Source: Pelomyxa schiedti (Eukaryota; Protista; Evosea). From it: a stretch of DNA of 64,000 nt. The notes beneath the pieces are model-generated. The model did not search any database. It had not been told where the DNA came from and saw nothing but the letters and a program-made list of their open reading frames with translations. Position numbers and translations under genes: made by a program. The stretch is from assembly GCA_020536535.1 (NCBI GenBank), contig JAHLWZ010000476.1, positions 27,283-91,282 on the forward strand, in the 5' to 3' direction. This document shows, in pieces, positions 36,649-46,600 of the stretch (position 1 is its first letter; every line of letters begins with the position of its first letter).

Positions 36649-39606
36649 ATGATGTTGGGCTTGGCTTCGGAGCACGTTCTTGTACGTTTTCGAAAGGGGT
36701 ATACTGCCAAGCTTTTGACATATACTGTGTGTTTAATTGCAGGTGAAAGTTGGAGCTGAGGAAGAGGCGGACACGAATTGTTTGCAAGTGAGTTTCTCCA
36801 ATCTCAAGGCGTCAGCCACTGCCGATGTTGCAGTTGCTAGTAGCACGACCACCACGTCTTCGACACAGAGCGTCCAGACGATACCCCCTGTTGGAGTCGC
36901 TGGTATGACGTCATGTGCAAAGGTAAATACCTGCCCTCAGTATGCCACTGGGGATCCTGTTCGGTGTAGTAAATGCAACGCAGTGTACAATAGTGTGTCC
37001 AGCCGCTCTTCGACTCCTCAGGGGATGGACGCCTCTGCTTCTCAGTTGTGGAATTGTGAGTTCTGTGGAACCAGCAATGCTCTGAATGACATGTTCGAGG
37101 TATTTTTTAACTATATTATACATATATATATTTGGCTATCACCACGAGTGTGAATTTACCCTTCATTTCATTCTTTTCAGGTACCTCAAGGCAGCTTTTG
37201 CCGATACCTGCTTGAACCCCCATCACACCAGGCGTCTGGTTCCACATTGGTCATTTTTTGTATTGGTAGCACGACCGAAATTCTAGCTTTTCTTCCATTA
37301 ACTTATTATTAGATATCTCTGGGTCTATGGGTAGTACAATGCAATTCGGAAGTGCTTATATCAGTAAATATTCTGTAAGTTCACATTATCTTCGACTTTC
37401 AAAGTTCATCCCTCCTTAGATAGTGTGCAGAGCTTTATGCCAGCAACTTGATGTTCTAGTGGAGTCAACACCTGACTTAAAGGTTGCAGTTGTTCTGTTT
37501 AACGACTCTGTTCGAATTCTTGGTCGGTGTCGCAAAATTACTTTTACGAAGCTAACATGAATTATTTCCTTAGGGGATGTTGGTCCTAGCACTACTGGCG
37601 ACAGTTTACTCAACAAAGATTTATTGATGGGCTATGGGAGAGCACATCCCGTAAAAAATTCAGCAAAGCAAACAAGGAGTACTCTTGCAGCTGATCTTGA
37701 GAGGATAACTCCAACCAATTCAACTGCCCTTGGTCCCGCTCTTCTGTATGAAAAACTTCCTTAGCTTTTTTCTGACACCTCCAATGTAGGGTAGCTTTTG
37801 GAATGGCTGATATAACCGAGTGCACCGCTACTTCCATTATACTAGCTACTGATGGTTTGAGTAACGTGGGTCTTGGAAGTTTGGAGGACAATGGTATCGA
37901 GAGTAAGCAATTTTATGAAGACCTGGGAATGCTGGGAGCCACAAAAGGATACTCCATTTCAGTCATAGGGTTTTCTACCAACACATTTATTACGAGCTTA
38001 CATTTTAATAGTATTCCTGGAACAGATGTTAACATGGAGTACCTTGGAAAGATGACCCAAGTATCACATGGGAAGGTTAATATTGCTGACCCCACAAAAA
38101 TTGATACCTCCGTGGCGAGATCACTTAGTCAGTCATGCACTGCAATTGGTGTAACGGCTACAGTTATTCTTCCCAAGTGGTTTCGTGTTAAATACAGTGA
38201 ATCTCAAGAAAGTGTATATAGTGAATTTCTTGGAAATGTTGGGGTATGTGAGAACAATAGACACAATTTTATCTCAGATCCACTAGGATGATACAAAGCT
38301 CTATGTCCAATTCATTCTCAAGGATGCCATTATGTTATCACCAGAACTTCTCGCACAAGCAATTTCAGCACATTCCGTTGGGGAGATGTGTTTCCAAGTA
38401 CAAATATCTTATCAGGATCCCCAAGATCGATCTCGCACTCTTGCGTGCATGACAACATGCTGCAATAGCGTGGTTTCGGACCCACTAGCAGCTGAACACG
38501 GTTGCCAAAGTACTAGTATAATCTCAGGTGCTGCTCTTCAGAGTTGCGGCCGTCTAGCGCAGCTTGGGCGTTACAGAATTGCTCTTCAATGTATTATTCT
38601 TTATACTGGGCTTTTCACTCAAAATAGTTAGGCATTGAAAGTCATACCCAACTTTTAAACAGACTCTCTGTCGCATTACATCAAAGTTCTGATTCCCTTA
38701 ATCCTATGCTGGAGCGCTTGAGAAGAATAAAGGAGTCTCTTGAACTTCAGGTCTGTCATTCTTTTCCCTTCATTCCTTTCTTTTTCTCCGATCTTGTTTT
38801 TCGAATCTCATGTACTTTTTTTAAAAGAAAGCAGAGGAGTCCAAAGATACAAGCAACATTAGGGAACTTTATCGACAAGCGCGACGCAACAGACATCGTT
38901 CAGCTTCTCGTTCACTCTCCCGCTCTCGATCACGGTCGCGCTCCCGTTCCCGTTCACCAACGTGCGTTCTCTTCTCCTCACCTTATAATAATTTCAATTC
39001 AGCTATCGCGACCTGAGGAACCAAATGCGTACCAACTGCGATGCCTTCTCTACCGAGTTGTACAAAGCCCGCACAGGAAATACTTCTCCTATCTCCTCAC
39101 CTATCCACTCCTATCGTGCTGTGTCACCAACCCGGTTCACCCTTGGTTCATTCGATCTGCAGATGACCAGGAGGGAGCGCTCAACCAGCCCTCCTTTGAG
39201 GGGCAGGCCGCTCTCACCGGCTATGCAAAGGTTGCCATCTCCTCGTTCCCTCTGGGGGCGCCCCGTTTTCTCTCCACCCTTATCCCCAGAGTATTCTCCA
39301 CATCGTACCCAATCGCCACCTCTATACTTGCCCCCCACTCCCCCTCCTTACCGCTCCTCTCGCTCTCGCTCTCGCTCACGCTCACGTTCCCGTGGGCGCC
39401 GCAGAGCCGACTCTCGATCTCGCTCCCGTTCCCCGTTATCTCGATCTCGATCGCGGTCACACTCCAACTCCTCAAGTCCCAGAGCCAGTTCACGTCCACG
39501 ACAACCCTCTCGCTCCCGCTCCCGCTCCCGCTCTCGTTCTCGTTCTCGTTCTCGCTCCCACTCTCGTCGAGCTTCACGCTCCTACAAGATGAGGAAGCAA
39601 TACTGA
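36649..39606 (+). CDS. Sec23/Sec24-type zinc finger + vWA protein (circularly-permuted-Ras-protein-like, no Ras domain seen) with C-terminal RS tract
   Basis: GDPVRCSKC..WNCEFCGTSN; VIFC(I)DISGSMG; TALGPA; ATDGLSNVGLG; DAFSTELYKAR followed by RSRSRS repeats. Confidence 0.75.
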
Positions 39607-39941
39607 AATGTATCCAACGAAGGACTTGAAGAATTTGTTGTGTGTCTGACACGTTATTTCCCTTGCAAAAACGATCCCTATGTCTGTGTGCTCTGATTCT
39701 GCAGGTTCATCAGCCACAGTCTTGGGACTGCCCAAGTGTGCACACTTTTTATCGGGTTTATTAGTTTTCTCAGTCCAGAGATGAGGAACTGAGACGGAAA
39801 AAAAAGGTGTTTTCTACAAGACCATCAGCCACGGGGTGCAACCGTTTGCAGGACTCAGTGTGGGCTGGATGCTGAGAACAAAAAACCTAATTTTTTTTCC
39901 TTTTTGTTTGTGTACAACACCTTGTTGGAGATCATCTCTTG

Positions 39942-41141
39942 ATGGATGAATCCAAGAGGCATCATCAAAGCTTCATTCCAATTTTATTTCTTTTTATTCC
40001 ACTGTGTATAAGCTTCTGAGTTACACATTTGCTACTTCTTGTTCTGCTGAATTACTCTCTAACCAAGTGGTAGAAACATTGGAGAAGGTGGGTCTTTCTG
40101 CAGTGCCACCAGCTGAGTGGCTAGAAGCACTTGACAGATTGCACAACTTGCCAGCATCTTTTCAGGCACATTTGCTTCCAAAGAAAGTTGTTGTTTCACA
40201 GTTACTCCTTCTTCTAACCATCTCCCAGATCCAAGAGAAAGGGAAGCTTGGTGGTCATGGCAAATTTCCCAAAACAACTTCTCAAACACCTTTTCCACAG
40301 GTAATGGTTGCATTGGGAGATGATTCATGCTATACTGTTGCCAAGTTGCTTATTCACACCAATGAAGGCAAGTTATCCAAATCAGAGAGGATGAAATCAG
40401 CTTTTTCCAGCATCATCCAAACCAACAAATACACAAATTTTTGGTGAGATGGCCTCAGCTCAATGCTGATGACATGTGTCAGTAACAAAGTTGTGAACAT
40501 CACCCCAGATGGAGCACTAGCACTTGTTTGCCAACAGTATTGCTTCACACAACCAATCTCCACAGAAGGTGGAGTTCCTTCAACCTGTTATATACTGTCC
40601 TCCAGGTTGCCCCACAACAAGTTTGGACTGCAACCAATGTCTCAACAGCCTCCTGATCCATGGCAAACTGATATCCACCAGAATCACAGTGTTACCACAT
40701 CCAGCAACAATGTTTTCTTCGGTTTCTTCCCAATCTTTCATTGTTCCCTCACAGGCTCTCTCTACAATGTCCTATTCATCTGCACAGCATCCTCCACCTT
40801 CAAGTACAGATGTTCCTGAAACCCTTTCAACAACCCCAGCTCAAACACAACAACAGCCTATTCCTCCACCACTGCCTGTTCCTCATCCTCCAACTCCACC
40901 ACAATCCATTCCCCAAACACCACCACCTCCATCTCTCATGGAACAGCTTCCCACTCCACAAGTAGGAGTTCAATCCCTTCACCACCCTCAGGTATATTCC
41001 CCCACCATCTCAATCAGCAGCCAGAAAAAAAGGAAGAAACAACAACACTCTCAAACAACCCAACTGCCCTCCCAAACAACCTACCAAACCAGATACAGAG
41101 CCCACCAAGAAAAGGGATTCCACCCCAGATCAGGGGTTTGA
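39942..41141 (+). CDS. Hypothetical spliced gene (or decaying gene copy) with Pro/Gln-rich C-terminus, inside a CpG desert
   Basis: ORFs 40004-40447, 40463-40819 and 40524-41141 can be linked by short GT-AG introns (e.g. 40444-40482). No recognisable domain. Confidence 0.45.
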
Positions 41142-41370
41142 GAATCCGATTTAACCCCTGAAGTTAAATCCCAGGCACAGGGTGTCTTTCACTTTTCACA
41201 GAAACAAGCCCTGACACTAAGTATAAGAAAATGCACACACGGTCCTGAACACCATCACAAAGCACGCTCGTGTGCACACCGAAAAAGTTTGGGCAGTCCC
41301 AACAGTGCACCATTGATGAACATTATCATTGAAAACCCTTTGAATCGTTTTCGATCAAATCGCTGAAGGA

Positions 41371-42543
41371 ATGTCATCGACCGACGAGACCAAGGCTGCC
41401 AGGAAGAAAGTTCTAGTCAGCGGGTGCTTCGACCTGCTCCACAGCGGCCACGTGGAGTTCCTGCAGGAGGCCGCCAACTACGGGGACCTCTACGTCGCCC
41501 TCGGCTCGGACCGCACCGTCTGCGAGCTCAAGGGCCGCCCCCCGATCAACGACGAGCAGGAGCGCCTCTTCATGCTCCAGGCCCTGCGCTGCGTCCACCA
41601 CGCGACCATCTCCCCGGGCAGCGGCATGCTCGACTTCGAGCCGGTGCTCGACTCGCTGCGGCCCGACGTCATGGTGGTCAACGACGACGGCAACGTGCCC
41701 GCCAAGGAGGCCCTGTGCCGCCGCCGCGGCGTCGCGTACGTCGTGCTGAGGCGCGAGCCCCACACGGGCCTCGCGGCGCGCAGCACGACGGCGCTGCGGC
41801 GCGTCGTCACGATGCCGTTCAGGATCGACCTGGCCGGGGGGTGGCTGGACCAGCCGTTCGTCAGCAAGCACTGCGCCGGTCCCGTAATCATGATCTCGAT
41901 CGAGCCGACCGTCGAGTTCAACAACCGGTCCGGCATGGCCTCCAGCACCAGGGCCAACGCCATCAAATTATGGGGCCCGAGGCTGCCCAGCGGCGAGCCC
42001 CAGACCCTGGCTCAGACCCTTTTCTGCTGCGACAATCCGCCGGGGACACATCACGTCAGCGGGTCCCAGGACGCCATCGGAATCGTGTTCCCGGGGCTAA
42101 ATATAGCTCACTACAGCTGCGGCGAGTACTGGCCGGCGAGAATAGAGTCCGTCAACGAAGAGGCCACGCTGAAGTTCCTGGAGGATTCCATCTGCATGAT
42201 CCCGATTGGGCCGAGGGGGCCTGACTTTGAGGTGCTGGACGACACCGTCATTGACTACGATCACGCGAAGGCCCTTCGCGACGCCGCCGTGGCTTGCTGG
42301 GATGCAATTCTGAGAAGGGATATAGTCGCTTTTGGCACACACTTCAGGGAATCGTACGAGGCACAGATAGCAATGTTCCCTCACATGGTGAATGAGCTTG
42401 TTGTTTCCATGATTGCCCAGTACAAGTCCCGCGCTTTGGGATGGAAGCTCTCTGGTGCTGGTGGAGGGGGCTACTTAATATTGATATCAGAAACCCCTAT
42501 TGAACACAGCATAAGGATAAAAATACGGAGAAAGGGCAATTGA
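41371..42543 (+). CDS. Intronless bifunctional cytidylyl/adenylyltransferase (RfaE-II/TagD-like) + GHMP sugar kinase
   Basis: VLVSGCFDLLHSGH (HxGH), GSD..V.ELKGR.P, ERL, RSTT; then PFRIDLAGGWLD, SGMASS, GSQD, GWKLSGAGGGGY. Single 390-aa ORF. Confidence 0.9.
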   Translation: MSSTDETKAARKKVLVSGCFDLLHSGHVEFLQEAANYGDLYVALGSDRTVCELKGRPPINDEQERLFMLQALRCVHHATISPGSGMLDFEPVLDSLRPDVMVVNDDGNVPAKEALCRRRGVAYVVLRREPHTGLAARSTTALRRVVTMPFRIDLAGGWLDQPFVSKHCAGPVIMISIEPTVEFNNRSGMASSTRANAIKLWGPRLPSGEPQTLAQTLFCCDNPPGTHHVSGSQDAIGIVFPGLNIAHYSCGEYWPARIESVNEEATLKFLEDSICMIPIGPRGPDFEVLDDTVIDYDHAKALRDAAVACWDAILRRDIVAFGTHFRESYEAQIAMFPHMVNELVVSMIAQYKSRALGWKLSGAGGGGYLILISETPIEHSIRIKIRRKGN

Positions 42544-42668
42544 GAAACAGTGCCTGTTTTTTTTTTTTTTGAAAAGCAAAACAAAAGCCAATAAATTGCA
42601 TCACTGAAAATGAAAAGATATGTTGAATTCACAAGTTGATTTGGGTTTTTGTTTGTAGCATTGGTGGG

Positions 42669-43382
42669 TTATGATGACTTGGACACGGAAAGATTGTGGG
42701 CCAACCAGTCCAATCCTTCTTGAAGACCTTGGCCAGTTAGTGCCTGAGATGGTTGCACATGGAACTTTTTGTTTTTCGCTCCTCGTGCATTTATCTTCTC
42801 TAGAAGCTGGGCTGCGGGAAGAGCACCACTGACATCTTGCTTGTTGGCGAAAATGAGAATGCCCATGTTGAGCAAAGCAAACTCATTAAGAAGCATCTGA
42901 AGGTCGTTGAGAGATTCTTCGAGCGTTTCGGGGTTGCTTGTGTCTACAACATAGATAATTCCCTGTACATTGCCAAAGAACTGCATGGGGAGACAAAGTC
43001 AAATAAATATGTTCAAAGCCGCATTTTGTTGTTTTGTATGAGAATATGAATTGGAAAAGGGATATACATCTCTCCATTTGTTCTTAAAAACGGCTTCACC
43101 ACTGATATCCCAAACGGCTGTAACGTGTAAGTTGTAGAATTAAAAACAAAGAAAACTCACTGCATTGATAGCCTTTGTATTTAACAGTCTCCATATTCAT
43201 ACCCCGTACGTCATTTGTAACGACTTGGTGTAATTTGAGCTGATATAAGATGGTAGATTTTCCTGATTTTAGCGGTCCAACCTACGAGTAAAACAACACC
43301 GACGTAAGTTTTTTTTTTTGTTGGATTGCTAATGCTATACCAAGAGTAGTGCAGCAGGTTTTTTTGCGAATAGTGCTCCCAT
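42669..43382 (-). CDS. Divergent Arf/Arl-family small GTPase
   Basis: Spliced: MGALFAKKPAALLL|VGPLKSGKSTILYQLKL..NMETVKYKGYQC|TVWDISGE..WRD|FFGNVQGIIYVVD..FANKQD..SQALTGQGLQEGLDWL. Confidence 0.88.
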
Positions 43383-43664
43383 CTACACGATGTTGTTTTT
43401 TTTTGGTTTGGTTTTGTGTTGTTTGCGCGTTGCTTGTTGTTGGTACTGTTTTTTTTTTTTTCGGAGATCGTTCCGCCCGGGGATTCCTTGAAAACCAAAT
43501 CGACAGGAATGTACACAGTTGGAGACTGAGACAGTCGGCCATGGTGCACACAGCCGTGGCCGTCAGTTAGGTAGTACTTGAACACCACTCGGTAAAGTTC
43601 ACTCGGGCACTAATTCAGTGTACCAAACCGAAACAACAACAAAAACAAAAAGGCGGTTATTTTG

Positions 43665-46600
43665 AATGGCCAGTGGGACGGGCAAGATTGATGTTGTTTT
43701 CGTGGTTGACACCACGGGCTCGATGGGGTCTCAGATCACTACAGTGCAACAGAACCTAGTTTCAATGTTGGACAAAATAAAAGCACTGAGCAGTGCCACC
43801 AGGGTTTGTTTGTTTGTTAGTTAGTTTGCGAGTTTGCTGGTTTTCTCCTTCCGTTTTGGTTTCTCAAACAGGTTGTGTGCAGTTTGGACTGGTTGGATAT
43901 AAGGATCATTGTGACTTGGCTGTTGTCACCGTGCATGTACCTTTGACTGACGAGTATGACTTCTCCCACTGCGGGATAAATTTCTCTGCGGTACTAAACT
44001 TTGAGCAGCTTGGAGGTGGCGAAAAAAGGTGTTGCTGAGATGTCTGCTAGTGGTGGAGGCGATTATCCAGGTTTCTTCTTCTCTACCTTGGTTACTTCCT
44101 TTTCTCAATCAAATTCCAGAGGCAGTCGCCGATGGGTATGCGTTAGGCTCTTTATTTCAAGTAAAATCAAATAAAAGACCTCTGAGTTAAAAAAATGTCA
44201 GTTTGCACAGCTTGGTGCGACTCAACTGGCGTGCCGATTCTGCCAAAACAGCGGTTCTCATTGGTTTGTAGGCCTCTACTGAGAGTTTTTAATATAAGTG
44301 CAGCTGACGCGCCTCCTCATGGTGTTGGTGGAGCTGGAGATGCCCATCCCAAAGGCTGTCCCTGTGGTGTAGGCCCACCACCAACTTTGTTATTTTTAAC
44401 ATTGAATCAAAAATTGTAGGAAGATTGGCTTGAGCAAGTGGAAAGCTGTCGAGAAATGGGAATCACAATTCACACAGTTGCTTGTTCTGGAATGAATGAA
44501 GTAATTTTTTCGTGTCAATAAAAATTATAATTTGAAGTAGATTGCTGTCTGGGAAAAAATAGCCACCGAGACATGGGGGAAACTTTTTCACTTGAGTAAT
44601 GTATCACTTTTCCTGATTAAAGTCTCTCCTCCTAATTGTTCCATGAGGTGTGTGCCCTTCCTGAACTCATAACTGGCGTTGCTGAATGTGACCTTGACCG
44701 TTTGCGTGTTAAAGCAGCAGTTATGCAACTGCTACAAGAAAGTCTCAGCACTTTGCAAAAAATGAATGATGAGGAGGAGAAAATAAATCATCTCTGTGAG
44801 AGAATGTTGGAAAGGCGCGAAACAGTGCTCTTTAAGGAAACGGCAAGTTCCACGGTATAGGCACAATTATGTGATTTTGAGGTTCTTTAATTTGGAAACT
44901 ATTAAGGCGGTACCGAAATCTATTTCCAAGTTGGATATAGAGCAAGCAATTAGCTCCCTTAAAAAAAGCCTGGATCCCACCCTGGATGTCAGTGCACTTT
45001 TTCCTCGGACAGGTGCTTTGCCATATTGTGATAAAGGTGCCCACCTGTCATATTTACAACAGTAGGCCCTAAATTCTTGTTTTAGGAGGCCTTTATTCCA
45101 CAAAGACACAAACTCCAGTCCCTCTCACAGATGTGCAAGTTAATGCAACAATTATTGGCTTCTGTTGTGAAGTAAACTAGATTTTTATTATGACACCTCA
45201 CTCCCAGATGCTCAGGTTGAAATAGTGCAGAAATATGTAAATATATCTTCTTCTCCCCTTGAAGCAGTCTACAAATTTCCAATTGATGACTTGGCAGTGG
45301 TTGTTGGGTTTATAGCCGAAATTGATAACAAGGTTGGCGGGAACTCATTCCCACATTTATGACTTTTTTTCAAAAAAGCGAATTATAGCAAAATGCACTG
45401 AAAAAGAAAAAGCGGCAGCTATATATGATGGTACAGCCTGTTTGATGAATGTGAAAATGACTGATAGCAATTTAGATGCAATTGCAAGTGGGCATGGGGC
45501 TTATCTCTTGGAACAGAAAAAATCAGATCTATTCAACATGTCAGTGGGGAATCTCCCTCCTGGAAAAACCGTTACTATCCGCATTACCTATGTTTCCATG
45601 TTGGAATCAGAAGAAGTGTGCAGCCACTTATTTTCCATTTACCAAAAAAATGTGTAGCATGTGCTTAGGTTTGTTCTCCCAATGACTATTGCACCACGGT
45701 ACCAGGAATCATACACACTGCCCTCTATTGAAGGCATGGTCACTGTTCACATTCCTTTTCCTCTAAATCAGCCTTTTAACAGACTCACCTGAGAAGGGTA
45801 AGGAAAAGGATGACGGAGTTACTACAACAACTACTACTTCCACTGTAGCCACAGAACGAGAGGAGGGTGCTCTTACAGGAAAAGCACCCTACCGCATCAA
45901 AATTAGCCTTACTATACAGATGTCCCAACCTCTGGACATCAAGGATGTTGCATCATTATCACATAAAATTGTGGTCTCCCAGGTAAACGCCATCTTTATG
46001 AAGAAAGGAGGAAACACTGGATAACTTCTTCCTGGTGCTATAGAACTCCGAGAACATCGTCCGAGTCGATACTGTACAAAATGGGCTGAATGCCGATTTT
46101 GTTCTCCTCATTACTGAGCGTAACCCCCGGAATCAGACATTCATTGAAACTTGGGAAACAACGGAAACTGAGCCCAAGTTCGTTTCCTCTCGTTTTAATT
46201 GAATAAAATAACACAACGAAGATGTGAACCTCTCGCTGTTACTTCTATCTGCCCGTCCTTTAGCCCAATTTTTGATCCAACTGTTGAAACTACGCTGTTT
46301 ATTGTTATTGATTGCTCATCATCCATGGTACATTCTCCCCTTAAATCTAAAGATTCATATTTCTTTGCAGTATGGAAGAAAGATGGAAATGGTACTTGTT
46401 CCCCTGGGGTACCTTTTTTTGATCTGGTTGCCCATAAATAGGCAATACTGGCAGCTCAACGTGTCATCGCTCTCCTTGAAGCAGCCCCTCCAGTCACGAA
46501 ATTTCAAGTTTCCATGTTTGGGTCTGACTGTCATTCCCTGTTCACAACCCCAGAGAGTACAACTGACTCCTCAGCCCGAAACAAGGCAATTACTGCCATC

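Noticed and set aside
40445-40447. In-frame TGA between two ORFs, suggesting readthrough, selenocysteine or an alternative code
   Set aside because: It lies in a plausible 39-nt GTGAG...CAG intron (40444-40482). Other genes end in TAA, TAG and TGA normally.
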